From positions 16,306,001 through 16,370,000 of the forward strand of contig NC_135813.1 of assembly GCF_964213995.1 (NCBI RefSeq): DNA of 64,000 nucleotides. Direction: 5' to 3'. This document shows positions 37,899-50,545 of the stretch, piece after piece; position 1 is the stretch's first letter; the number at the start of each line of letters is the position of its first letter. Source of the DNA: Mustelus asterias. Taxonomy: Eukaryota. The notes under the pieces were generated by a model. That model had not been told where the DNA came from and searched no databases. It worked only from the letters and a program-made list of their open reading frames with translations. A program made the translations under genes and the position numbers.

Positions 37899-38566
37899 TT
37901 GATTTAGATTTGATTTATTATTGTCACATGTATTAACATACAGTGAAAAGTATTGTTTCTTGCGTGCTATACAGACAAAACATACCGTTCATAGAGAAGG
38001 AAAGGAGAGAGTGCAGAATGTAGTGTTACAGTCATAGCTAGGGTGTAGAGAAAGATCAACTTAATGCGAGGTCAGTTCATTCAAAAGCCTGACAGCAGCA
38101 GGGAAGAAGCTGTCCTTGAATCGATTGGTACGTGATCTCAGACTTTTGTATCATTTTCCTGACGGAAGAAGGTGGAAGAGAGAATGTCCGGGGTGCATGG
38201 GGTCCTTAATTATGCTGGCTGCTTTGCCGAGGCAGCAGGAAATGTAGACAAAGTCAATAGATGGGAGGCTGGTTTGCGTGATGGATTGGGCTACATTCAC
38301 GACCTTTTGTAGTTCCTTGTGGTCTTGGGCAGAGCAGGAGCCATACCAAACTGTGATTCATTTGTAAACGTTGGTGAGAGTCGTAGCTGACATGCCAAAT
38401 TTCCTTAGTCTTCTGAGAAAGTAGAGGCGTTGGTGGGCTTTCTTAACTATAGCGTCGGCATGGGGGGACCAGGACAGGTTGTTGGTGATCTGGACACCTA
38501 AAAACTTGAAGCTCTCGATTCTTTCTACTTCGTCTCCATTGATGTAGACAAGGGCATGTTCTCCTT
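37899..38566 (-). mobile_element. Rex1/Babar-clade LINE 3' region
   Basis: Peptide VYINGDEVERIESFKFLGVQI..KAHQRLYFLRRLRKFG; near-identical to 26760-27243. Confidence 0.9.
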
Positions 38567-40815
38567 TACGGTAGAGAAGGTTGAGAGGAGATTTGATAGA
38601 GGCATTCAAAATTGCAAAGGCTCTGGATGGGGTAGATAGGAAGAAACTGTTCCCGCTGGTTAATGGCACGAGAATGAGCGGAAATAAATGTAAGGTAATT
38701 GATAAAAAGAAGTAATGGAGATGTGAGGAAAACCTTTTTCACGCAGTGAGTGGTTAAGATCTGGAGTGCGTTGGCTGAGAGTGTGGTGGAGGTAGGTTCA
38801 ATCAGGTCATTCAAGAGAGAACTGGATTATTATCTGACAAAGGATCATGGGAAGAAGATGGGGGAATGACACTGGATGCATTGCTCATTTGGAGAGCTGG
38901 GACAGGTACGCTGGGCCAAATGGCCTCCTACTGTTCTGTAATAATGCTGTGATTCTACAAAGTTTTATGATTCTACATTAATTTTGGAAAACAGTGATAA
39001 GCCCTGTCTGCTGATCTTCTGCCCTGAATTGTTTCTGCTGAGTTCCCCTCCAAATAGATGTTGATAAGGGTGATGTTCTCATCAGCGCGGGGTCCTTCTT
39101 TTCCATTCAGTGTGCATTCTTGATAGCTTATTCAGTGTGAGATGTTGAAAGATGGGTATTCCCCCTCCAGACTGTTACCTTGCCTTTCCTAATGAGATGA
39201 TTGAACTTCCTGCGGCTCTGGTCTGTAGTCTAGGGTAGGTGAGAGAGTTGGTGCTCAGTGCAGTTGTCACCTCTCCCGAGGATTATTGGCACAGAATCCC
39301 CGCAATTTATGACTCCATGGCTGCCTTTCCTCCAGCAGGACCTGGAGATCTGAGCTTGTAAAATCCTGTGTTCTTCCCTGACTGGGTGCCGTGCCGAGCC
39401 GCCTTGTTTGAATGAATGTTCCAGTGGTTCGCCCTTTCCAATAGTATGAGAGAAAGATTGATGAGAGCTGTGATGAAGCCATATGAGAGTCAAGTGAGTG
39501 AATGAGCCCTAACACCGTTCTCTCCTTAAACAGCTCTTCCCCAGCTTGCTGCTGGAAATGTGCACAATCAACAGTCCTCTTGAAGACTAAACTTCCATGA
39601 GCTACAGAAGATTGTGCCCATCTTACATTAATTTTGCGCAGTTGTTACGCCAATGGTTATGCTGGTGTAAATCTACATGCAGACACCGCTCCGGCCTACC
39701 CATGGACTCAAATCTTTAACCATGGCTATAACAACATCGCAAATTACCAGATCCATTTAGCCCCTGATCAGAGACCCGAGGAGTCGACTGTTTCACACTC
39801 GGGGTGACTGGAACTTCACCAGTTTGTAATGTTGCCACCAGACTGCCACGTCCAGCTCTTCCAGTGCTGAAATGAAGCATTTCTTCCCACGTGGTTTTGT
39901 TAAATATCTACAATGACAACACCTAGAGGGCCTATTAGAACCCTGCCCATTGGCGAACAGTGAGAATGTGGTTAAAATGGTGGTCAGGCATTCCCAATGT
40001 GTTCACACCTGCCGCCATTTTAATCATGCGATTTCTGCTTGTGAGGATGTGCCTGCCACCTCGTCATTCCCGCTGGGTTTAGGCAGGAGTGCTTCCTCCT
40101 GGTGCCCAGCAGTCTCAGTGGTCCAGGTCTCTCACTAATACCTGCTCACATTGGCCCTGTCACCCCTCAACACCTTGCACACAGGCCCGAGTTCACATCT
40201 GCCCTTTAGATGTTTGCTGTTGATGAGATATTCCTTTTTTTTGCTGAGTATGGTGCTAAATTTGTGAGGAAAACAATTCAATCACATTGAATTTATTTAT
40301 AGACTGCGCTTTGCTTCCATCTCCCCTTATTGTTCTCGGTTAAATTGAAAGCCTATTTTTTAAAGATTGTGATGGATTTGAAAATTCTTTAAAATTGCAA
40401 TTGGCTCCCCGTCTCCCAGCCTAAATGGATAAACTTTGAAATGTGGCCGTCATCCAGCAGTTTGTTTTATGTAACATTTCTCTTCATGTTGCGCAGTAAG
40501 TCATAAAATTAGCTAAATTGCAGACTATTATCATGTCTAGCAGTCAAAAGCTTTCATCGGAATGACAGGGCCACTACTATAAAGATCCATTTGCAGACAA
40601 TGCTCTGAGTAATCTATTGAGACATTTAATTGCAATTGGACGATCAAATCTGGCAAGCTGACTATTTTACACAGCCATCATTATCTTCGAATCGCTGTTT
40701 TTAATAAGAAACTATCTGATGGTTGCTGCAGTTTCATGGCTGTTGGACAATTTAGGAGTGAGTGGAATATGATCAGAAAGAGCCGTGTTTGAATTGTCTC
40801 TCTTCTTTGTTCAAG

Positions 40816-41404
40816 GTTTAATCAGGCCATACCTCGCTTAAACCCACCACCGCCCATCATGAGGAAGCGCTCGACCAGGTCACTCCTGATAGCGACTGAG
40901 ACAACCTCGCCAAGCATTGAGCAAGTGGTCATGAACAGCCTGCTGCAGAGTTCACACGCGTCAAGTTTTACAGATGTTTCCTCCTGTACTTTTGCTGCGT
41001 CTGTCTTTGAGGCTGATGCTGGACTGTCCACAGAGGTGCGAATGACTGGGCCTTCGCCTGCAGATTTCCATTTTGCAGCCAAACCTTCCACTTCGATCCT
41101 CGACGAAGAGTCAAGTGAGAAAAACAGAACTGTAAACACAACTCCTGGAAGTTGTGGGAACCAGCCTTGGACAACGACGCCCCTTGCAAATTTCCCACTG
41201 CATGGTCAAGGCGGCAACTGTGATGTTGGGGACAATGCCATGGGCACCCCACCCTTTTCCCCACCAGTTAATGAAACCTGCCTGCACATCAGTTTCTCAG
41301 AGGATGAGTTGTTGTACAATGATGCTGAAGACTCAAGGGAACATCAAAGAGTCTCACTGGATGAAACAGAAGATCAAAACTTAAATCGTCTAACTTCTGG
41401 CTGA
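40816..41404 (+). CDS. Terminal coding exon, C1orf226-like (R-FNQAIPRLNPPPPIMRKRSTRSLL...LNRLTSG*)
   Basis: Pyrimidine tract plus TCAAG acceptor in phase 2; open frame of 195 codons to TGA at 41402-41404; PRLxPPPPIxRKR motif. Confidence 0.82.
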
Positions 41405-41784
41405 AGCTGTTGTTCGTTGTTACAGGAATATTTTCTCTTCATCTTCAGTGATCTGCAGTTATACTCTGACATCTTTCAAGACCAGCTGACCTCAAGCTGT
41501 AGAAAGACTCTCAAGCTCTGAAAAGCCTTTCTTAATACTTCCATGATTACTAGTCTTCTGAAGGATGATGTCGATCGCATGCCCAGTAAGAGAACCGGAG
41601 TTTGAATGCTAAATCTATTGGAGATCATTGATAGTCAGGGTTGAATTCAAGCCAGCGATGCACAATTCCAAGTTGCGTTGGGTTCAACTTGTAGATGGGC
41701 TACGTAAATTCCAAAAGCACCATGGGAATGTGCTAGGAGTAGTACACACACTTTCCGGGGATGTAATTATCAGGAAATAGGGAA

Positions 41785-41790
41785 AATAAA
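41785..41790 (+). promoter_or_regulatory. Candidate proximal polyadenylation signal AATAAA
   Basis: AATAAA about 380 nt after the stop codon; use not shown. Confidence 0.3.
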
Positions 41791-41814
41791 GTATCTACAA
41801 TTTTAAAAAAAAGT

Positions 41815-42081
41815 GTATTTATTAGTCACAAGTAAGGCTTACATTAACACTGCAATGAAGTTACTGTGAAATTCCCCTAGTCGTCACACTCCGGCACCTG
41901 TTCGGCTCAATGCCCCTAACCAGCATGTCTTTCAGACTGTGGGAGGAAACCGGAGCGCCCGGAGGAAACCCACGCAGACACGGGGAGAATGTGCAAACTA
42001 CACACAGACCTTGACCCAAGCTGGGAATCGAACCCAGGTCCCTGGCACTGTGAGGCAGCAGTGCTAACCACCGTGCCGCCC
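41815..42081 (-). mobile_element. V-SINE with alternative tail
   Basis: Same type as 14303-14606. Confidence 0.88.
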
Positions 42082-42188
42082 ATCTTGCAATCTTACTGTG
42101 TCTGAGGTACCTGAGCTCAAATGCCTCCTTTTTTGATGCACTGTAAATCTCACTATTGTTTAACTTTGAAAGGTCACCTGTAGTCTGT

Positions 42189-42190
<2 letters not shown>

Positions 42191-42223
<33 letters not shown>
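42191..42223. repeat. Poly-G run
   Basis: Seen directly; the length may be a sequencing artefact. Confidence 0.7.
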
Positions 42224-42224
<1 letters not shown>

Positions 42225-43443
42225 GGCGGATGCGATGACAGATGTTATTAGTCTCCTCAGCCTCTAATGTGAGTTGTCTGGTAAACTGCACAACCACCTG
42301 GAGACCTCCTCACTGCCTTTGATAGCTATGATCTCTCTGAGCTGCAGCCACATGAGGCCCCTCAGCGCAACCTGGAGCATACTGCACAGGCCACTCACAT
42401 CATCCACTTCACACACTCATACACACACACACACACACACACCTGAAAGGTACCACCTATGAAATGAACAGGCCACAAACAAACAAAACATGAGAGGGGA
42501 AGCTGATTAATTCCACACTTTCTTTGGGTGTTTTTCCAATGAAATGAATGACACTATTGCTGAGGCAGGTATCGCGTTCTAGGACATTTTCATTGTTCAC
42601 TGTACAGATGGAAGAAGTAATGAAATCAGCAGATGTAACCTCACTGCCATTTACTGAATGGCTGACTAGGAAAGCAATATATATATATAATTGCAATCTT
42701 TAGATTGAATCAGTTTTATATTTTATAATAATGTAACTAACTTTGAATACACTACCTGTCTGGAGTAAAACCTTATTGTGTCTTACATTGCTGAAATGGA
42801 TCAGAAGTTTTGTGACCGTTCTTGCTTTGGATAGTCAGTAATGGTATTGTTTTTGAGCTGCTTCTGTCTTTCATCCATCAGATGATACATTTCCTCCCCC
42901 GCTTGCTGCTGGACTATTTGTCTCAGAGTTCTTGCACCGTGCTTTAAGACTATGCAAATAATGAATGTTTCCTCCTGCACTTTTCTTTGTCTGATTTTGA
43001 ATCTGAGAGTGGATAGCCAGTAAAGGGACAGTGAAGTCCTCTTTCGGCCTTAGGATCTGTGTTCTACATTGAAACCTGCCACTTTTGACAGTGGGCAAAG
43101 CATTGAGTGAGAAGAATAGGACTACAAACACCCTGGACCCAATTTTAACCCATCCAAAACCTACCCACTGGCACAGAGTTAAAATCGGGCCCGATATTTG
43201 AAAGTTGGAAGAGTTAGACCAAAACAGTTGTGCCTATGCTAAGTTACCACTGCCGTAGCTCCACTGGCAACAGAGGGGTTTGGACAGTGCCAACGCAAAT
43301 TCACCCTTCCCACCATCCTCTCAACCTCCACAATCCAGTGAAATACACCTGCATCATCTTCTTGTGATGGGAGTTGGTGACATTTACTCTCTGACTTGGC
43401 ACACACTTTAGCATCCTGGATAAGGGTGCGATTATCCACACAC

Positions 43444-44255
43444 TGGGCCCTATTTTACCATTTTGATTCTAAGTGCTGGGCGGACTTGAAACTGGAGTGT
43501 TTCAGATCTGACTTTTAGACCCGTTCCGAGGCGCCCCCATACGCACTCTGCCTGAAAAATATCAGCGATTCCGAATCGCGCTGCAGAAGCCTGTGGACGG
43601 GGCTTAACGCGCCCAAAACCCTGCAGCTCCGATCGGAGCGTCCAACTGCGCACGCGCAAAAAAAAGATAGAATGCGGCTCCCCTGCCACATCCCTCCCGG
43701 GCTGGATAATGCCTCCCCCTGCCCCCCACAGACATTGCCCCACCCCCACAACATTACTGACCCCCTTATCACCCCACCCACCTGCCACCCAGACCGATCA
43801 CGGACCCCCTCCCCCCCTTTCACCCACACTGATCACAGGCAGAGTGGCAGCAGACGCCCCCCCCCCCCGCCCTTTCACTCCCACTAATCACATGTAGAGT
43901 GGCAGTGGACCCCCTTTCACCCCCACTGATTTCAAACAGAGAGCTGTCGGACACGAGGCACTTACCTCCTCTCTAACTCTCACTGATGGAGCGCCCGAAT
44001 CGGACTTATATGGAGCTTGCTGAACCTGGACAGGTGAACGCGGTGATAAAGGGGGAAACGCCGATAAAGTTGGGCGTGCAGCCCATTAAGTCAATTTAAA
44101 TGCATTCAAATGTCCCGATCGTGGCCATTTTGGGGCCTTGGTGAAGGGGAAACCGGCGCGGAGGCGGGCGCAGATCGCGCTACTCGCCTCATGCCCGACT
44201 TTACCAAGTTTTTGCGCCCGAAAGCAGGTGCAACGTGATGGTAAAATCAGGTCCA
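43444..44255. mobile_element. Non-autonomous TIR DNA transposon of about 810 bp (PIF/Harbinger-like)
   Basis: CACTGGGCCCTATTTTACCAT at 43441 versus ATGGTAAAATCAGGTCCAGTG ending at 44258 (inverted match with 3 mismatches); CpG-rich interior. Confidence 0.75.
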
Positions 44256-47200
44256 GTGAGTACCTAATCTCACCCCAGTTATCCATAGCCTAAACATTTT
44301 GATTTGTAATGCTCCTGGGACCTTTCATTACGTTAAAAATGCTAGAAAGAGAAGTTTTTGTTGCAGTGACATAGCGAGCAGATGGAAAAGGCCACATGTG
44401 AATCTCTCCACACTTCCTGCCTGCCTGTTGCGTGATGTATGGGGCAACCAAAGGTCGATCGTCACTCAAATGGAAATGATATGCCTGTTGGACAATGGAC
44501 AAAAATACTTTTAAACTGGTAGCCTGCAACATTTGATGTTCTTTACAACTGAAACTCCTCCTTTGAAGTATTTTCTCCCTTTCCTATTGCACTGGCCTCC
44601 CTATGCCCCACACCCTCCCTACCTGCTGGAACAAGGCTGCTTTGTAAACCTGCCCCTATAAATTTACATGGGGAGTGTGTTAGGTGTGGGGGGGGGGGGG
44701 GGTCACGACCCTTGCAGTCGGCACTTGACCCGAGTGAGAGGCGCCCAACTTCAGTTGCCATCTGCACCTCCACCCTGATCCAACTCAATTGTTGCTCCTG
44801 CTGACTTGCCAATTATTACTCTTGATATGCAGCTGAACTATAGTTTGAACTATTGATAGCAATGCTGTAGAAATGGGAATGATCCTTCCTGAAAGCCATG
44901 TCATTTAACTGGTTGAAAGCAGAAATAAAGCTGTAAGCCCGTGAATTGCAGGCAGCCCTTTGATGTTTTCCACACATTTGCATCCAGGGCCCGTTCAACT
45001 GTACTGAGCTTCTGCTGAAGGCTGAAGTGTTCCAAGAAAAGCTATCTCACAAAGGCAGGCATGGAGCACATTGCTATAATCCTGTCAAGCCACAGACTGC
45101 CGCACAGATTGAAATAATCTCACTCAGAATTGATTCGACCTAGAAAATCATTTTTGACCATATCCCTGCAGAATGATCTTATAGAGATAGTCGAGGTTTC
45201 TTTAGGGGGAAAAAAATCAGATTTATAAAAATAGAGGATAGCTGGCACAATAAATTTGTTGCCTGGATAAACAGGAATTATTGTACTTTACTCACTGTAC
45301 TAGATTAAAAGGTTTTCATTTTAGTGGGATTGTTTCAACAGGCTAAAGAAGGATGGTCCCAGTGGTTTCAACTTACTTTGACAGACATCAGATAAGGCTT
45401 GTTTCACCTGAAGTTGCTGGTTGTTGCTTCTTGCTGGTTGTTGCCTCTTGCTGGAGCTGGATAGGTTAGCTCAGGCACAGCAATCTTTCCCAGCTTTAAC
45501 TCACCTTTTAAGGGTTGAAAATTTGTAGCTGGTTTGAACTTGTGCTGAGCCGAGCAGCATGAGGGTGGATTCTGATGCTGTGCCAGAGTGGAGAGTGGGC
45601 AATAATCGATGGAAATAAAATTCATGAGTGATGCCAAACAGGCTGCCAACTCGCTAACACCGATTTTACAATATCGCACAAAGTCACAACATGCTTCATT
45701 CAATTGTCTGGCAGTGAAAGAGGCCATTTGGCAGGTTGTCTTGCATTAACCACTTCCCATTCCATTTTAAAACTTTCAATTTGTAATTAGTGCAGATTAC
45801 TCCTTTTAATCCTAAATATTTCAACTCAAATTATTGGCTAATTCTGTTCTTTTTAAATTCTGTATCACTTGCATTAACTTAGATTTATCTTCAGGAACAA
45901 AATAGCTTTCTATTGTGAGGAGTAGACTTGGATTACATCTAAAGCACGTGTGCCCTATTCCTGCAGTAATGTGACCACTCTGTCACTGTAGCAGGCAGGT
46001 GGTCTCTGTGGGATCTTTATCAATGGAGTGTGACATATTGTCGTGTCCATCCTGCTTGCAGTGCAGCCAGACACCATTCACAGTTTTCAATATCAGCCAG
46101 CCAACAGAAAATAAAAGACCTGGAGGTCCTAGTATTAAACCCATACGTCAATGCTGGGGAACAGGAGTCTGTACTGGATCTGATCACTGCAGGGAAGCAC
46201 AGTCAGTGTATCTCAACACTCTCCCCTCCACCCCGCCCCCCACCCCACTCCGCCCCCCCCACCCCATTCCGCCCCCATCCCCCCCCTCGCCATTAGGTTT
46301 CCCCACAGTTCCCATTTTGTCCAGGTCGCATCGATCCGTAATAAGCACCAGCTGCTATCAGCTGGCAGTTTTTCAAAAGCAGCGCCCTCCGTGCTCTCAT
46401 CAAGGAATATCTATGGAGTTTGGAACATTCAAATCTGGAATTCTTGGCCCAAAAAGGCAGTGGATGCTTGGGCAGTTGGAGCAAGATTTTTCAGTAACTG
46501 GGATCTGCTGACGACAGGTGAAAATCATTTTAAGGACTTCACATGACGAGCTCTTAAAAAGTGAGTTCTCTAAGTTTCTGACATTCCTAATCTTTTCAAA
46601 TTTGAACTAAGGGAATAACCACTGTAATATTGATTGGAATGTTGGGTACAGTTAAATTGCTCGGCGTACATTCTAATGCACTTGTAATAAATGCCAAGTT
46701 TTATTGATTCTGACGGAACCCTAGCTCATTTGCAATCAGAAAGCATCTTACCGAGCTCTGAGACTGCCATCTGTTTCACTGGTTTGAAACTTTCTGTTCA
46801 CTCAGCACTTTCTAATAGCAGTAACTCCAGCATCAACTGGTATTCAGTTCCCTTATTAACCTGGGGTTGTGTACAAGTACAGTTTAAAACTGTCATGTCT
46901 CAAGGTTATTTTGGAACCAAGGACAGCTAACTTAACTAATTGATTAACTCAGCAGTCAGAATAATAGGGTGAATAATCTTGAGTCTAGTATGCAGAAACA
47001 TATATGGCAGAAGTGTGCGTACAACTTTTAAAACATCTTTATTTACAGAAGTGCATTTGTGAAGCAATTGTTTCTGCAATGCCAGATAGGCACGGCTTGG
47101 AAGGGTGGTGGAATCAACTTCAATGATAACTTTCAGAAGGGAATTGGATAAATACCAGGTGAAAGGCTGTGGGGGAAGAGCAGAGAACAAGTAGGTAGCT

Positions 47201-48217
47201 TTCAAGAACCTGGCACTGGCTTAATGGGCTGAATGGCCAGCTGTGTTGTACAGTGCTATGATTCCACGGTGATTAGCCTACATTGTGAAATCTGCAGTAT
47301 TTGTACCATGCAGTTGTATATTCCATATCTCTGCTGACAGAATGTCCCCAGTGTTGCAGCCTTAATTGTCCTCCAAATAAACAGGCAACTTTGGGCCAGA
47401 GTTTGCAGTTGTAGTGAAGGTGTCACCGTCAACAGGCTCTGCCATTACTGAGTCGATATGACCACATTTTCTGGCCTCTGCACAGATGCTGTTAATTCCA
47501 GAGATCCAGGTGTTGCTGACAATGCTTCTCCACACCTTTGCAGATGCAGTCAACACAGAATCAGTGAATAGATGTGAACTATCCTATTCTCACTGTGTAA
47601 ACTATTGAAAATGCTAAACATTGTTGAATGAGGTATAACTGAGCTTTTAATGGTGCCCCGAAAACCTATTTTTACAAGTATGGAGTGTCATTCGCTAGTC
47701 ACACATTTAACGATTCCATTATTTTTACAGTAATATTTTTCCCCAGGTTTGTTTATTTTTCCAGCTAATACCTCAATCACATGAGTAAGTCCCACTCTTC
47801 ATTTTGCTTTCTGTGGAGTGATTAAAATGTGAATTATAAAACGTGCTTTTTATTTCCTGCTTTGCTGTCTGTGAGAATGATTAAACTTGATGAGGCGATC
47901 AGCTTGCCTGTAACCTGCACTGTTGCTAGATGCCACAGAATGTGGCAAATTCAAAATGACATCAGAATAGAGGAAATCAATGCTCTGGAGCCCCGCTAAT
48001 TCTTTGTTAGACAATGTTTCTGGAGATATGTGATGACCATCATCCTTTTGCTGCTCACTACAAAATCTGGGCCATTATGGAATAATGTCACTAATCAAGG
48101 CCATTGCAAATTCCATATAAGACCAGGATTGTTTTAATGAACTGGTCTGGATGCCACATCAGGCAGAACTGAGCAAACTGCAGCGCAAATTGCAAACTTG
48201 CTGCTTTCAAAGACCCG

Positions 48218-48435
48218 ATGTAGAGATGCTGGCGTTGGACTGGGGTAGGCGCAGTAAGAAGTCTGTAAAGACTTGCATTCCAACCATTATTTTGTAAATT
48301 GAGTTTGTGTCTATATATGCCCTGTTTGTGAACACAACTCCCACTCACCTAATGAAGGGGCAGTGCTCTGAAAGCTTGTGCCACCAAATAAACCTGTTGG
48401 ACTTTAACCTGGTGTTGTGAGACTTCTTACTGTTA
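48218..48435 (+). mobile_element. Penelope-like insertion with inverted 5' piece, a 9-bp TSD (AAAGACCCG) and a hammerhead motif with mutated core CTAATGA
   Basis: TSD at 48209-48217 and 48436-48444; CAC-CTAATGA-A-GGGGC-AGT-GCTCT-GAAA-GCTT-GTG at 48346-48380. Confidence 0.85.
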
Positions 48436-48557
48436 AAAGACCCGCACAGAGGAAGGAGCTGCATAAAGCGCCATAAATCTATTTTTATGACACTGCCTCT
48501 GTCAGAAAGGTGTGGTGGATGAATGTCGAAGATGTGATTTTGTTGTGAAGACTTATT

Positions 48558-48684
48558 GGGCAGGATTTTCCAGCTACGCTCGTCCCAAGGCCGGAAAATC
48601 CCACCCAAGGTCAACAGACCTTTGCATCGTCTGTGTCCCGCCCGCTACGAATCTCGTGGCAGGCAGGCTTGGAAAATTCCACCC
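48558..48684. mobile_element. MITE, same family as 63293-63418
   Basis: GGGCAGGATTTTCC / GGAAAATTCCACCC TIRs; shared internal AAATCC..AGGTCAAC. Confidence 0.7.
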
Positions 48685-50545
48685 AATGTTCTCATGAATC
48701 AACCCCTGCTTGGATGGTGTTGGTTATAAAGCTGAGGAACTTTAGAATTGTCGGAAATAAACAATAAAATGCGGTCTAGATCTGTATGTGACATCCATTT
48801 CTGACGTCTTAACCAACTTTGTAGCAGTTCACATTGGTAGTTGCAAAGTAATACCACAAGCACTTAGAGAGTAGGCTGTTTTTTCAAACATTGTATATTC
48901 CCTCTTTTTTGTAAATGCAGTTACTGTGTAAATATGATTACAGTTACTTGATGAAAAGTGTGAATTTTCTGAAAGAAATAAGGTGACTTTTTTTCAATTG
49001 TTTTCCCATTTTCCTGATCAAACCAGTGCTGCCATTGATACCAAATTTGAACTGTAGAATTTGTGTTGCACCTTACTGCTCTAAAACTCATTTGAAATTA
49101 AAGTCTAATGGGGTTTGTTAAAATATGTGTGTGATATTTTCACAATGTACTCTATCATTTCTATCATATAAGAACAGGCTGGAGCTAAATATGACATAAA
49201 ATATCAATGGGTCAGATACTGATTCCAGTTCCATTGTTACCACAGTATATCGACTGTAACTTAGTTGTTAGCACTCTCGCCTTTGAGACACAAGGTTCTG
49301 GGTTCAAGAGCTTCTCACTCCTGTGCAGTTTTGTTGTCCTTTCAGTTGAGATGTGTGCATTCCAATTAACTAATTCAGCAGCAAGCTTTTGGGAGTTTAA
49401 TATAAAGATGGTTATTTATTCTCACACACTTACCTCAAATTGACACAAATTCATAAACTCAGTCTCAAATACAGACACAATGATTGGATACAGATAAAGA
49501 TAGTGCATTTTTACAAATTACAGTTAATTTGGTCTGGTATGAGGTACTTTCTCCCTGAGTGGATGAGGAAAAGTACTGTAGGGAGAATGAGCTAGCCGAC
49601 CACTGCACCGTGGTACAGGAGGCCATTCAAGAGGAGGGAGCTAAAAGACTAATTGTAGTTTAGGAGATTCTATAATTAGGGGGATTGATAGCATCTTTTG
49701 TAAGCCAGATTGTGAGCCCCACATGGTATCTTGCCTGCCCGGTGCCAGGGTGAGGGACATCTCTGACCGGCTTGAAAGGATATTGATGGGGGAGGAGGAG
49801 GAGCCACTTGCTGTGGTCCACGTTGGGACAAACAACATAGGTAAGACTAGGAAAGAGGTCCTGTTTGGGGACTATCAAGCACTAGGAACTAAATTAAAGA
49901 ATAGATCCTCAAGGGTTATAATCTCTGGATTACTACTCGAGCCATGTACAAATTGGCATAGGGTTGAAAGAATTAAGGAAGTTAACACATGGCTAAAGGA
50001 GTGGTGCGGGAAAGAGTGGTTCCATTTCATGGGGCATTGGCATCAGTATTGGAACAGGAGGGATCTGTACCGTTGGGATGGTCTTCACCTGAACCGATCT
50101 GGGACCAGTGTTCTAGCGAAAAGGATAAGTAGGGTGTTCACAAGGACTTTAAACTAGCAAGTTGGGGAGAAGGGAACAGTAAAATTACGGGAAACAAAGC
50201 AGCAGGTTAGCATGTGGGGAGAAAGTTCCAACTACATCAAAAATCAGGAAAAAAGTTAAAAGGAAGGAGAACACAGGAGATGTTATTAATAGAGGTGTTA
50301 AAATTCAAAAAGAAGGTACAACAACTAGCATAAGGGCACTCTATCTGAATGCTCGTAACATTCGAAACAAGGTAAATGAGCTGACGGCACAAATCATTGC
50401 AAATGGGTATGATTTGGTGGCCATTACAGAGACATGGTTGCTGGATGGTCATGACTGGGACTTAAATCTCCAGGGGTATCAGACTGTTTGGAGGGACAGA
50501 CAGGAAGGTAAGGGAGGTGGTGTAACTCTGATATTTAAGAATGAC

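Larger units (their letters stand above)
37300..38955 (+). mobile_element. Old CR1 LINE 3' region with two nested insertions (Penelope-like and Rex-Babar)
   Basis: Decayed CR1 ORF2 sequence resumes after each insertion; tail GGGCCAAATGGCCTCCTACTGTTCTGTA. Confidence 0.75.

Noticed and set aside
40826-40830. Alternative acceptor AATCAG|GCC for the last exon
   Set aside because: It is phase 0 and incompatible with the upstream phase 2 or phase 1 donors.
42191-42223. Poly-G runs (also near 31342 and 44687) as G-quadruplex elements
   Set aside because: Homopolymer length is unreliable in assemblies and there is no supporting context.
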